IMG/VR virus record: IMGVR_UViG_3300027804_000053
DNA from: a virus
Lineage: Duplodnaviria > Heunggongvirae > Uroviricota > Caudoviricetes
DNA: 64,000 bases
Direction: 5' to 3' (one strand)
How positions within the stretch are numbered: position 1 is the first letter of the stretch; each line of letters opens with the position of its first letter. Positions 10,008 through 20,125 of the stretch are shown piece after piece. The translations under genes were made by a program, and so were the position numbers. A model generated the notes under the pieces. That model worked only from the letters and a program-made list of their open reading frames with translations. It made no database searches and had not been told where the DNA came from.

Positions 10008-10289
10008 ATGAATGTTGATTTAGAAATTTATATCAACAACCTCACAAAATTTTTTAAGAAAAACCCAAAAGAGTTAATGTCTTTGGTTCCCAAAGAAAAA
10101 GAAAAAGAATTATTAAGCCGTATTAGACAACGTGCCGCTCGAAATATCGAAGAGGGTCTTAATCTTGTTTTAACACAAAAACAAATAATAGAAATTTGTG
10201 TTGATATAAATCAAGTTAAACCTAAAGAACTTGATATTGACTCCAAAATTTTTCAAAACACACCTTTTGGTACTATCTGTTTAAATTAA
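10008..10289 (+). CDS. hypothetical protein
   Basis: ORF track, 93 aa. Confidence 0.4.
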   Translation: MNVDLEIYINNLTKFFKKNPKELMSLVPKEKEKELLSRIRQRAARNIEEGLNLVLTQKQIIEICVDINQVKPKELDIDSKIFQNTPFGTICLN

Positions 10290-10322
10290 GGTTATTTTTC
10301 ATTTTTTACTTATATTTGTGGT

Positions 10323-11948
10323 ATGAAAGAGACTATCCTTAAAAAAGAGGTTAAAGCTTATCTTACAGAAAAAATGTTTGACAAAACTGAATTTAATTCA
10401 GGGTTAAATGGTAATTCATTTTCAAAAAAACACCCTTATTTTCAGATTGAATCTACTTTTACAGATGAACAAAGCTTTGTTAAAAATTTTGCCAATCCAT
10501 TGTGTAATGTATTTTTAGATTACCGTATGGTCGTAATAGAAAAGGATGCAGATAAAATTTCGATTAAACTTTTTCACGGGTACAAAACACGAAGGGCGGG
10601 AGTTGTTTGGTTCAAAAAATCAAAAAATTGTGATTTTATATCTGTTAATTTGAAAACAGGAAATGTCTACAATGGGTACATTCACAATTACCACTTGAAA
10701 AAAAAACTGACTAAAAAAATCAGTTGTAATACTTTTATAAGTCAAGTCGTAGAAAATTTCCAAATAAAATTGAAAAACTCTTTGACTCCGAATCCAGACT
10801 TTTATTTACAACCTTTGGAAGATTTCATGAATTTAATTGATGTGAGAAATGATTTTAAGTTACCGCTTGGTCAAAGATTACTTAAATTTCATTTGGATAA
10901 AAAAGGTGTTAAGTACCCGAATAATTTTTATTTATTCAACGAGTTTACTTTTGGTACGGAATACAGAAAAATTCTAAAAAAGAATGAAAATAAATTAATA
11001 GATTCTGTCATGGAACTATTGAAAATAAAGGGGAGTAAATTAAAAAAAACTTTACATCAAACAACACAAAAAATTAATCTCAACAATTACTTAACCGTAA
11101 AATCGTTGTTTGGAGAGGATTGGTTGAACCAAGATGAAAATATTATATATTTACTAATCAACTCACAGAACACTATTATGTCAGCGGACATGAATAATAA
11201 ATATTTTTATTTGAATGCCACCAAAAAAGAAAAAAGAAACGCATTTGACCTATTAAAAGATTCTTTGATAAATTTTTCAACTGATGTATATTCACTTTCC
11301 GACCACTTCAGATTTTGGGTTGAGTTAAAAAGATATGGTGATACAGAGATATTTTGGAAGTCCGATGGAAAAAATGAAAAATTCTTCAGGGAAGAACACT
11401 TAGATTGGGCTGACAAATTGGAACACTATAAAAGAGGACACTACGAGAGGATTTATTCCGATATATTCAATGAAACTATTAAGACTATTGAACATGAAGG
11501 TGTAAAATATTTTCCTGTAGTTCTGATGAATTCAACTGATTACAATAATGAAAGTGCGATGCAATCGAATTGTGTAAAAGGGTATATAGGTAGATGTTCT
11601 TCTTTGATAATTTCTCTCAGGAAAGGAAATGAAGATTCAGAGGACAGACTTACAGTCGAATATTCAATCAGTAAATTACCGGATGTAAAATGGGTAATTA
11701 TAAAGAGAATTCAAACTCGTGCTAGATATAATTCAGAACCATCTTTAGAATGGAACCAACCCTTACACTCTTTAGATTGTATGATGAATGAGATTGCACT
11801 TAGTCCAAAATTTGAACCTCACAAATTGATAAAGATTTGCTCAAATGGTGTTCAAATGGAATCAGATTCTCATTTTGACGAGAAAGGTTATTTAAAATGG
11901 TCTTACACTCCTATTGACCAATACGGATTTGAACCTTATTTTATCTGA
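10323..11948 (+). CDS. hypothetical protein
   Basis: 541-aa ORF with ATG verified. No recognisable motifs. Confidence 0.5.
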   Translation: MKETILKKEVKAYLTEKMFDKTEFNSGLNGNSFSKKHPYFQIESTFTDEQSFVKNFANPLCNVFLDYRMVVIEKDADKISIKLFHGYKTRRAGVVWFKKSKNCDFISVNLKTGNVYNGYIHNYHLKKKLTKKISCNTFISQVVENFQIKLKNSLTPNPDFYLQPLEDFMNLIDVRNDFKLPLGQRLLKFHLDKKGVKYPNNFYLFNEFTFGTEYRKILKKNENKLIDSVMELLKIKGSKLKKTLHQTTQKINLNNYLTVKSLFGEDWLNQDENIIYLLINSQNTIMSADMNNKYFYLNATKKEKRNAFDLLKDSLINFSTDVYSLSDHFRFWVELKRYGDTEIFWKSDGKNEKFFREEHLDWADKLEHYKRGHYERIYSDIFNETIKTIEHEGVKYFPVVLMNSTDYNNESAMQSNCVKGYIGRCSSLIISLRKGNEDSEDRLTVEYSISKLPDVKWVIIKRIQTRARYNSEPSLEWNQPLHSLDCMMNEIALSPKFEPHKLIKICSNGVQMESDSHFDEKGYLKWSYTPIDQYGFEPYFI

Positions 11949-12284
11949 ATGAAAAAACCTGAGTACATACAAAAAATTGAAGGCGAAAGAAGAACTTTTT
12001 CATCGTATGTTCTAAAAGATATGAAAATAACTTTTCCTAAGAACTTACAAGAAAAAAAATATTTTCCTGTCTATTCCGAAAGGATTCATGAACAAGACGG
12101 TAAAACAGTGCTTTCACGTTATATACTCAAATCTGCTCAAGGATTTTATCTATGTTTTGATAAATCCACAGAAAACAATTCATATCAAATTACTATTTAT
12201 TTTGAGGAGTCACAGGACTCGGAATTACAATTTTTCATTAAAAATTTTCTTAAAACATTCAAAAATGATACAACTGACAACTGA
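11949..12284 (+). CDS. hypothetical protein
   Basis: ATG immediately after the preceding stop (TGAATG). Confidence 0.4.
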   Translation: MKKPEYIQKIEGERRTFSSYVLKDMKITFPKNLQEKKYFPVYSERIHEQDGKTVLSRYILKSAQGFYLCFDKSTENNSYQITIYFEESQDSELQFFIKNFLKTFKNDTTDN

Positions 12285-12588
12285 AGAACTAAAACAAAAA
12301 ATTAACAATGGTGAAAACTTCGTTTTGGATTTATATGCAACATGGTGTGGTCCTTGTAAAATAATGTTGAGAAACTTGGAACAAGTTAATGAATCCTTGA
12401 TAAAAGAATCAACAAACCAACCAAAATACAAAATTTACAAGTACGATATCGACACTGACAAAGAGTTCGTAGTATCCGAACTCGGAATCAGAAGTGTTCC
12501 AACTATAAAAATCTTCAAAGAGGGAAAAGAAGTTTTTTCAAGACCTGGCGTAATGATGCCAACTGAACTTCTCACTCTATTAAACTAA
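12265..12588 (+). CDS. trxA: thioredoxin
   Basis: Active site WCGPCK within a thioredoxin-fold-length ORF. ATG at 12265 chosen inside ORF 12088..12588. Confidence 0.75.
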   Translation: MIQLTTEELKQKINNGENFVLDLYATWCGPCKIMLRNLEQVNESLIKESTNQPKYKIYKYDIDTDKEFVVSELGIRSVPTIKIFKEGKEVFSRPGVMMPTELLTLLN

Positions 12589-12593
12589 TTTCT

Positions 12594-12878
12594 ATGAAAA
12601 AAGTTAATGTCATTGTCTATACCATGAAAGGATGTCCTTTTTGTCAGGACTTCAAAAAGTTGTTGGAAGATGAAAAAATCGATTTCGTTGATAGGGACAT
12701 TCACGAGCATGAACAAGAATACGATACATACTCCAAAATTACTGGTAATGATATGATACCCGCACTTCTTATAATTGAAGGGGATGAAAAAAATCATAAG
12801 TCTTATCTCTACGCGCCAGAAAGAAACTATAATGAGTTGACCGAGGCTTTGGAATTAGTTAAAAAACACTTAATTTAA
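12594..12878 (+). CDS. glutaredoxin-like protein (NrdH/Grx-like, CPFC active site)
   Basis: VIVYTMKGCPFCQDFKKLL is the N-terminal glutaredoxin motif. 94 aa. Confidence 0.6.
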   Translation: MKKVNVIVYTMKGCPFCQDFKKLLEDEKIDFVDRDIHEHEQEYDTYSKITGNDMIPALLIIEGDEKNHKSYLYAPERNYNELTEALELVKKHLI

Positions 12879-13570
12879 AAGAGGATTAAATCTTTGTTAA
12901 GTTCTTTTACAAAATAAAATTCTTTCTCTTTGTCAATTATTGGTTCCCACCAATCGGAGTCAACAATTTTTTTCTCGAAACTCCCATAGTTGAAAGTAAA
13001 ACAATCCAATATTGAAGATTTAAGTTCTTCATTTGATACATCACAAGAGTCCAAATACAACTTCAAATTTTCTTCATTATTTTTATAACTTATTTCAATA
13101 ATTAATCTGTCCCAAGTATATTTTGATTGTAGATTATATGCAATGTGTTTTGCGTAATAAAAAAGATTTTTTCCCATTTTGAATGAGTGCCCAAACGGAA
13201 ATTCCGATTTAAAGGTTAAAGATGTGTTCGGGATGTTACACTTACTAGATGATAAATCAACCGTGTTAAAAAACTCGAAAGCCATTTTGTCTTTTGAATC
13301 CAATTCAAAACCATACTCGATTAAATCGATTGTGTTTCCAATTTTAAAATTTTCAGAAATTTTTAAAAACTTTTCATGAAACTCTTCTTTTATTTTATTC
13401 AAGTCCAAAACCTCAGTACTTGAAGTTTTACCTTTGACAACAAAAAAATTTTGACAATCCACTACTTCAATGACCGTTTCGGAGGTAATATTAATTTTGT
13501 TTAAAATAAATTCAGAGAATAAGTTTACCACAGATAGTTTTATCTGATGATTCTGTCCTTCATTATTCAT
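12875..13570 (-). CDS. hypothetical protein
   Basis: 231-aa ORF with ATG verified. Divergent from the collagen-fibre operon. Confidence 0.5.
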   Translation of the reverse strand: MNNEGQNHQIKLSVVNLFSEFILNKINITSETVIEVVDCQNFFVVKGKTSSTEVLDLNKIKEEFHEKFLKISENFKIGNTIDLIEYGFELDSKDKMAFEFFNTVDLSSSKCNIPNTSLTFKSEFPFGHSFKMGKNLFYYAKHIAYNLQSKYTWDRLIIEISYKNNEENLKLYLDSCDVSNEELKSSILDCFTFNYGSFEKKIVDSDWWEPIIDKEKEFYFVKELNKDLILF

Positions 13571-13675
13571 TTCGTTATATTTATTAATTGAGATTTTTTA
13601 TGTCTCGGAATTATATTCAAAAATAATGACAAGATAAATCCAATTTAAAATATTTATTCAAGTATACAGAAATAG

Positions 13676-16600
13676 ATGGGTGAAAACATTTTTATAAGAC
13701 CGAGTAATAGTATTTCAAGAACAGTTGATAGAATACCTTTTATTGATTTTATTAACGAGGCTTCTGATGCACCACTTAGAATGAGGATTTATGATTACAC
13801 CGTTGGAGGTGGACCTGCAATTTGGGGTCAGGTTATAAATTTTTCTGCTAGTACTTCACCGAACATTTTAACTCTGAATGCTTATTTAGGAACACTTACT
13901 GCAACTTCAATAAACGTAATAAATAATCTTACTGTTGGTTCAACTCAAGTAATCAACGACACCGCAAATTGGATTGGTTCTCAAGCTGGTATTGCGGGAG
14001 CGCAGGGACCAAAAGGAAATCAAGGTACACAAGGAACCCAAGGGGCTCAGGGTAATACGGGGGCTCAAGGTTCCATTGGTACAAACGGTGCACAGGGTGG
14101 ACAAGGTGCCCAAGGTAGTATAGGACCTCAAGGTGCCCAAGGTACTCAAGGGGCTCAGGGTAATACAGGTGCTCAGGGGAATGTTGGACCTCAAGGGGCT
14201 CAAGGTGTTAAAGGGCCTTTTGGAGATACAGGTGCACAAGGACCAGTGGGACCACAAGGTGCACAAGGACCAATTGGTGCTCAAGGAAATACAGGTGCAC
14301 AGGGACACACTGGTGCACAAGGTGCTGTTGGACCTGTTGGTTCACAAGGAAGTACGGGTGCACAGGGAAATGTTGGTCCACAAGGTGCCACAGGTCCGAC
14401 TGGAGCACAAGGAAACACAGGTGCCCAAGGAAACACAGGTGCCCAAGGTGCCACTGGCCCAACAGGAGCCCAAGGAAACACAGGCGCCCAAGGGCATACT
14501 GGAGCACAAGGTGCCACAGGTCCGACAGGAGCTCAAGGAAACACAGGTGCTCAAGGACTCACAGGGGCACAAGGTGCCACAGGTCCACAAGGTGCTCAAG
14601 GCCCAACGGGTGCACAAGGTAACACCGGAGCACAGGGAGCTGCAGGCCCGACAGGAGCTCAAGGAGATACAGGTGCACAGGGTGCTGTTGGTCCACAAGG
14701 GGCCACTGGAGATACTGGTGCGCAAGGAGCCACAGGGGCTCAAGGTAATTTGGGACCACAAGGTGCTCAAGGTATTCAAGGTATTCAGGGAAAAGTTGGT
14801 GCTCAAGGAGCGGTTGGCCCACAAGGAGCGACAGGACCGACAGGTCCACAAGGGGCACAAGGTGGGACAGGACATCCTGGTGCACAAGGCGCTTTAGGAC
14901 CAACAGGTCCACAGGGAGCTCAAGGCGCGACAGGACACCCTGGTGCACAAGGAGCAATAGGACCAACAGGTCCACAAGGGGCACAAGGTGGGACAGGACA
15001 TCCTGGTGCACAAGGCTCCGTAGGTCCTGTAGGTTCACAGGGAAGTACAGGTGCTCAGGGTCTTGCTGGACCATTCGGAAATCAAGGAGCAACCGGTTCA
15101 CAGGGTGCAACAGGAAGTGTTGGGGCGGTAGGTCCACAGGGGGCAACAGGAAACGAAGGTGCACAAGGTGCAACTGGTGCTCAAGGAACCATTGGACCAC
15201 AAGGAAACACTGGACCCACAGGTGTACAAGGAGCTCAGGGAGCAACTGGACATCCTGGCGCTCAAGGAGCACTCGGACCAACAGGAGGACAAGGTGCTCA
15301 GGGAGGAACGGGTCATCCAGGTGCACAAGGAGCAACAGGTCCAGCCGGACCTCAAGGTAGTACAGGTGCTCAAGGGGCTTTAGGACCACAAGGGGCAACT
15401 GGACCAACAGGTCCAGCAGGTGCTACTGGTAATGTAGGTGCCGTAGGACCACAAGGGGCCACAGGAACAGCAGGTGCTCAAGGGTCAACAGGTGCCCAAG
15501 GTGCGTTTGGACCGACAGGAAACATTGGACCTACGGGTCCACAAGGAGCTCAAGGAGCAACTGGACATCCTGGCGCTCAAGGAGCTCTCGGACCAACAGG
15601 TGGACAAGGTGCTCAAGGTGCCACGGGTCATCCTGGTGCACAAGGTGCATTAGGACCCGCAGGACCTACAGGATTTCAAGGAGCAACGGGACACCCGGGA
15701 GCTCAAGGTGCCACAGGTCCAACCGGACCAACTGGTCCGCAAGGTGCCACCGGTCATTCTGGAGCTCAAGGTGCTAAAGGGTCTATTGGCCCTCAAGGTG
15801 CTGGAGGTGCAACCGGAGCTCTTGGTCCAACAGGAAACACAGGTCCAACAGGACCAACAGGTCCACAAGGTGCAACTGGACCTATCGGTGCCACAGGTAA
15901 TGTAGGTCCAACAGGTCCTACAGGACCACAAGGTGCAACTGGACCTATCGGTGCGGGAGGAGCGACAGGACCACAAGGTCCTACAGGACCACAAGGTGCT
16001 GCTGGAACCAAAGGAGCAACGGGTGCAACAGGTCCACAAGGTCCTACAGGACCACAAGGTGCCGCAGGTGCAACGGGTGCTACAGGTGCAACTGGTCCCA
16101 CTGGACCAACTGGACCAACAGGAGGTCAAGGTGCTCAAGGGGCAACAGGAACAAAAGGACCAATAGGTCCTGTAGGTGCCACAGGGGCTCCAGGTTCTAA
16201 CGGTCCCCTTGGACCACAGGGGGGACAAGGTGCACAAGGTCCTACAGGACCTCAGGGTCCCGCTGGAGGAACTGGTCCTACTGGTCCAACAGGTAGTCAA
16301 GGTGCTCAAGGAGCTACTGGTGTGACTGGTCCTACAGGACCACAAGGTCCAACGGGGGCTACAGGTTCACAAGGTGCTCAGGGTGCAACGGGACCAGGAA
16401 GTGTAACATGTTATGCCTATTATCCAATTTTGAGAGGAGGAAGGGGTGCGAGTTGTACTTCAGTATGTATACAAACTTTTACTGTAGGTCCAATCTACAC
16501 ACAAAGTGGGACATATTCACCATCAGACAACAAATATTTCAATTATACCAACTGTACGAATTCAAGCTGTGATTTCGGTAACCTTTATCAATACGAAAAA

Positions 16601-17005
16601 ACCGCTGCTAATCAGTGTTATACTCTGAATGCAACATGTGGTAACGGAACCTTCAATCAAACCTGTGCGTATTCGGACGTAAATTTAAAACAAAGTATAG
16701 AGACCTTAGAGGGGGTAATGGATAAAATTATAGAAATCGAGACTGTTGAGTATGATTGGAATGAAAATATAGGTAAAGAAAAATATGACATATTTGAAAA
16801 AAATAAAAAACTTCACCAAATAGGTCTTATTGCACAGAACGTAAGGTTACATTTCCCACAAGTGGTTAAAATGGGACCTGACGGGTATTATTTTATAGAT
16901 TATACAAAATTAAATGCCGTGATAGTTGAAGGAATTAAAGAACATCAATTATTTATAGAAGATATTAATAATAAACTTGATGAATTAGAAAAAAGTATTA
17001 GCTGA
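13676..17005 (+). CDS. collagen-like fibre protein 1 with Cys-rich distal domain and C-terminal intramolecular chaperone (peptidase S74-like) domain
   Basis: 1109 aa. N-terminal ~103-aa domain. ~266 uninterrupted Gly-X-Y triplets ([10 protein letters not shown]...). A ~98-aa Cys-rich segment follows. C-terminus [11 protein letters not shown]...IGLIAQN...[10 protein letters not shown] matches the phage endosialidase/T5-fibre autoproteolytic chaperone domain. Confidence 0.85.
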   Translation: MGENIFIRPSNSISRTVDRIPFIDFINEASDAPLRMRIYDYTVGGGPAIWGQVINFSASTSPNILTLNAYLGTLTATSINVINNLTVGSTQVINDTANWIGSQAGIAGAQGPKGNQGTQGTQGAQGNTGAQGSIGTNGAQGGQGAQGSIGPQGAQGTQGAQGNTGAQGNVGPQGAQGVKGPFGDTGAQGPVGPQGAQGPIGAQGNTGAQGHTGAQGAVGPVGSQGSTGAQGNVGPQGATGPTGAQGNTGAQGNTGAQGATGPTGAQGNTGAQGHTGAQGATGPTGAQGNTGAQGLTGAQGATGPQGAQGPTGAQGNTGAQGAAGPTGAQGDTGAQGAVGPQGATGDTGAQGATGAQGNLGPQGAQGIQGIQGKVGAQGAVGPQGATGPTGPQGAQGGTGHPGAQGALGPTGPQGAQGATGHPGAQGAIGPTGPQGAQGGTGHPGAQGSVGPVGSQGSTGAQGLAGPFGNQGATGSQGATGSVGAVGPQGATGNEGAQGATGAQGTIGPQGNTGPTGVQGAQGATGHPGAQGALGPTGGQGAQGGTGHPGAQGATGPAGPQGSTGAQGALGPQGATGPTGPAGATGNVGAVGPQGATGTAGAQGSTGAQGAFGPTGNIGPTGPQGAQGATGHPGAQGALGPTGGQGAQGATGHPGAQGALGPAGPTGFQGATGHPGAQGATGPTGPTGPQGATGHSGAQGAKGSIGPQGAGGATGALGPTGNTGPTGPTGPQGATGPIGATGNVGPTGPTGPQGATGPIGAGGATGPQGPTGPQGAAGTKGATGATGPQGPTGPQGAAGATGATGATGPTGPTGPTGGQGAQGATGTKGPIGPVGATGAPGSNGPLGPQGGQGAQGPTGPQGPAGGTGPTGPTGSQGAQGATGVTGPTGPQGPTGATGSQGAQGATGPGSVTCYAYYPILRGGRGASCTSVCIQTFTVGPIYTQSGTYSPSDNKYFNYTNCTNSSCDFGNLYQYEKTAANQCYTLNATCGNGTFNQTCAYSDVNLKQSIETLEGVMDKIIEIETVEYDWNENIGKEKYDIFEKNKKLHQIGLIAQNVRLHFPQVVKMGPDGYYFIDYTKLNAVIVEGIKEHQLFIEDINNKLDELEKSIS
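13988..16396. repeat. Gly-X-Y triplet-repeat (collagenous) coding region of fibre 1
   Basis: 9-nt periodicity GGN-NNN-CAA/ACN visible in sequence. Produces spurious ORFs in other frames and on the opposite strand. Confidence 0.8.
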
Positions 17006-20000
17006 TGCCGAACGAACTAAAGATATTTCCTCAGGGTAATGCTTACGATAGTAGACCTTGGTTTTATTGGGATGATGGAAGCAATCAAGTTGCTTTTTTT
17101 GTAACGGCAAGAACTTTAAATTTTTCTGCGGGAACATTCACGCAAGGATTAATGATTGGTCCTCAAGGTATAAGAACTTCAGGATTAACTATAAATAATT
17201 CAGGATTATATGTGGGTCCAACTCAAATGATTAATGTTTCGGGAGTTTGGACTGGACCTACAGCAGGTATTGCGGGAGCTCAAGGTGCTCAAGGAGCACA
17301 AGGTGCTACAGGTAAACAAGGTGCTCAAGGTACTCAAGGAGCAAACACAGGTGCTCAGGGTGATACAGGAGCTCAAGGTGCGACGGGTGCTAAGGGAACA
17401 GCCAGTGCGGTTTCAGGTCCTACTGGTGCCACAGGTGCTCAAGGTGCCCAAGGAACTCAGGGAGCTCAAGGAGGAACACAAGGAGCTCAAGGAGCCGTTG
17501 GAAATCAAGGAGCACAGGGGGCTCAAGGGGACCAAGGTGCAACAGTTGGAGCACAAGGTAAACAAGGAGCTCAAGGAGCTCAAGGTGCTCAGGGAGCTCA
17601 AGGAGCTAAACAAGGTGCTCAAGGTGCAACAGGAAATACAGGTGCTCAGGGTTCTCAAGGTGCTCAAGGCGCAACCACAGGTGCCCAAGGTAACACAGGA
17701 GCTCAGGGTGCTCAGGGCTCTCAAGGAGCACAAGGTGCGAACACCGGTGCACAAGGTAATACAGGTGCTCAAGGTGCTCAAGGCTCTCAGGGGGCACAAG
17801 GAGCAAACACAGGAGCTCAAGGAAATACAGGTGCTCAAGGTGCTCAAGGAAACATAGGTGCTCAAGGTAGTCCTGTTGGGGCGCAAGGAAATACAGGTGC
17901 TCAAGGAAAGCAGGGTGCTCAGGGAGCTCAAGGTACTCCGACAGGTGCACAAGGTGCAACAGGAAAGCAGGGTGCCCAAGGTTCACAAGGTGCTCAAAGT
18001 GGGGTTCAGGGTTCACAAGGTGCCCAAGGTGCTCAAGGAGCCGTCGGGAGTCAAGGTGCGCAAGGTGGAACTACAGGTGCTCAAGGAGACCTTGGAGTTT
18101 CTGGTGCTCAAGGTTCACAAGGTGCTCAAGGTGGAACAACGGGAGCGCAAGGTGCTACAGGACCCACAGGTGCTCAAGGTGCTCAAGGTACTCAAGGTGC
18201 AAATACAGGTGCACAAGGAGCTACAGGACCTACAGGTGCTCAGGGTGCTCAAGGTACTCAGGGAGCAAATCAAGGAGCTCAAGGACCTACAGGACCTACA
18301 GGTGCTCAAGGTGCTCAAGGTACTCAGGGTGCAAACGCGGGTGCACAAGGTGCGACAGGTAATACGGGTGCTCAAGGTTCGCAAGGGGCTAAAGGTGGAG
18401 TTCAAGGACCAACAGGTGCTCAAGGACCAACAGGAGCTCAAGGAAATACAGGAGCTCAGGGTGCGACAACAGGTGCTCAAGGGAGTACTGGAGCTCAAGG
18501 TGCCCAAGGGTTTCAAGGAGCAGCTAGCGCAACTCAAGGGTCTCAGGGTGCGACAGGACCTACAGGTGCTCAAGGAGCTCAAGGTACACAAGGTGCTAAC
18601 ACTGGAGCACAAGGAGCCACAGGACCCACAGGTGCTCAGGGAGCTCAAGGAACCCAAGGAGCTAATACAGGTGCTCAGGGTGCGACAGGAAAAACAGGTG
18701 CACAAGGCTCTCAGGGAGCACAAGGAGGAAATACAGGTGCACAAGGAGCCACGGGTCCACAGGGAGCTCAAGGTAACACAGGAGCTCAAGGGGGTACAAC
18801 AGGTGCTCAAGGTGCAACAGGAAAAACAGGAGCTCAAGGAGCTCAGGGTTCAGCAAGTTCAACACAAGGTGCTCAGGGAGCAACTGGAAATACGGGAGCT
18901 CAAGGAGCACAGGGTTCGCAGGGTGCGAACCAAGGTGCTCAAGGTGCGACAGGACCAACAGGGCCAACAGGTGCTCAAGGTTCTCAGGGTGCAAACACAG
19001 GAGCTCAAGGTGCCATAGGTGTTCAGGGTAATCAGGGAGCTCAGGGTTCTCAAGGTGCGAACCAAGGTGCTCAGGGTGCGACAGGACCAACAGGGCCAAC
19101 AGGGGCTCAAGGTTCTCAGGGTGCAAACACAGGAGCTCAAGGAGCAACAGGACCCACAGGAGCTCAAGGTGCCCAAGGTTCTCAGGGAGCAAACCAAGGA
19201 GCGCAAGGTGCTCCAGGACCCACAGGAAATACAGGAGCACAAGGGTCAGGACCTGGTCCTCAAGGAGCACAAGGAGCCACAGGGCCAACAGGAAATACAG
19301 GTGCGCAAGGGTCAGGACCTGGTCCTCAAGGAGCACAAGGAGCCACAGGGCCAACAGGAAATACAGGGGCGCAAGGCTCAGGACCCGGTCCTCAAGGTGC
19401 ACAAGGAGCTACGGGTCCAGGTGGAGCCACAGGAGCACAAGGCGCGGGACCCGGTCCACAAGGTGCTCAAGGTGCTCCAGGTGGTACGGGACCACAAGGA
19501 CCTACTGGAGCTCAGGGCTCACAAGGGTCAGGACCTGGTCCAACAGGACCCCAAGGCGCTCAGGGTGCTCAAGGTGCCGCAAGTGGAACCGCGGGTGCTC
19601 CGGGACCAGTAGGACCCTCGGGTCAACCCGGAGCGACTGGATTAGCAGGTGCAACAGGACCAACTGGCCCACAAGGACCTACGGGAGCTCAAGGTGCTCA
19701 AGGTGCTGGAGGTTCAACAGGTCCTACAGGTCCACAGGGACCAACAGGTGGTCAGGGAGCACAAGGTGCTCAAGGTCCATCTTCTGACATCCGATTGAAG
19801 GATAATATTATTCCGCTGAGAGAACCTGAGAAAAAAATTAAAACAATTGAAAGTGTATCATTTGAGTGGGATACAGAACACAGGAAAATCAAAGAACACC
19901 CAGCAATTGTTTTCAAAGAAGCTTTCACAGGTACTACTTTCGGTTTCATTGCTCAAGATGTGGAGAAGATTATACCTGAGGTAGTAGATACAGATGATGA

Positions 20001-20124
20001 GGGTTATAAAAGTATGCACTACGGACCTCTTGTTAGTTTGGGACTTGCAAATCTCAAAATAAATCAAAAACGTATTGACTCTATTTATGAGAGGATAAAT
20101 AAGTTGACTGAAACATTAACATAA
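17005..20124 (+). CDS. collagen-like fibre protein 2 with C-terminal intramolecular chaperone (S74-like) domain
   Basis: 1039 aa. Start overlaps the upstream stop (TGATG). N-terminal domain is paralogous to fibre 1 (…[25 protein letters not shown]). ~840-residue collagenous region carries regular single-residue register breaks ([24 protein letters not shown]). C-terminus [10 protein letters not shown]...FGFIAQD. Confidence 0.85.
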   Translation: MPNELKIFPQGNAYDSRPWFYWDDGSNQVAFFVTARTLNFSAGTFTQGLMIGPQGIRTSGLTINNSGLYVGPTQMINVSGVWTGPTAGIAGAQGAQGAQGATGKQGAQGTQGANTGAQGDTGAQGATGAKGTASAVSGPTGATGAQGAQGTQGAQGGTQGAQGAVGNQGAQGAQGDQGATVGAQGKQGAQGAQGAQGAQGAKQGAQGATGNTGAQGSQGAQGATTGAQGNTGAQGAQGSQGAQGANTGAQGNTGAQGAQGSQGAQGANTGAQGNTGAQGAQGNIGAQGSPVGAQGNTGAQGKQGAQGAQGTPTGAQGATGKQGAQGSQGAQSGVQGSQGAQGAQGAVGSQGAQGGTTGAQGDLGVSGAQGSQGAQGGTTGAQGATGPTGAQGAQGTQGANTGAQGATGPTGAQGAQGTQGANQGAQGPTGPTGAQGAQGTQGANAGAQGATGNTGAQGSQGAKGGVQGPTGAQGPTGAQGNTGAQGATTGAQGSTGAQGAQGFQGAASATQGSQGATGPTGAQGAQGTQGANTGAQGATGPTGAQGAQGTQGANTGAQGATGKTGAQGSQGAQGGNTGAQGATGPQGAQGNTGAQGGTTGAQGATGKTGAQGAQGSASSTQGAQGATGNTGAQGAQGSQGANQGAQGATGPTGPTGAQGSQGANTGAQGAIGVQGNQGAQGSQGANQGAQGATGPTGPTGAQGSQGANTGAQGATGPTGAQGAQGSQGANQGAQGAPGPTGNTGAQGSGPGPQGAQGATGPTGNTGAQGSGPGPQGAQGATGPTGNTGAQGSGPGPQGAQGATGPGGATGAQGAGPGPQGAQGAPGGTGPQGPTGAQGSQGSGPGPTGPQGAQGAQGAASGTAGAPGPVGPSGQPGATGLAGATGPTGPQGPTGAQGAQGAGGSTGPTGPQGPTGGQGAQGAQGPSSDIRLKDNIIPLREPEKKIKTIESVSFEWDTEHRKIKEHPAIVFKEAFTGTTFGFIAQDVEKIIPEVVDTDDEGYKSMHYGPLVSLGLANLKINQKRIDSIYERINKLTETLT
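17263..19779. repeat. Gly-X-Y triplet-repeat coding region of fibre 2 (with periodic one-residue interruptions and GSGPGPQG sub-repeats near the 3' end)
   Basis: Seen directly in the translated frame and in nucleotide periodicity. Confidence 0.8.
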
Positions 20125-20125
20125 G

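Noticed and set aside
13940-16345. Numerous long ORFs in the other two frames and on the minus strand inside the fibre-1 gene (e.g. 14133..14897, 14559..15407, 15650..16345).
   Set aside because: They are by-products of the GGN-NNN-NNN triplet periodicity, which removes stop codons in all frames. Translations are low-complexity (L/V/H/K/Q or C/S/T/L-rich) with no start context. The in-frame Gly-X-Y reading is the only one with intact N- and C-terminal domains.
17234-19612. Alternative-frame and antisense ORFs within the fibre-2 gene (17234..17857, 17413..18016, 17858..19018, 18115..19402, 19019..19612).
   Set aside because: Same repeat artefact as above.
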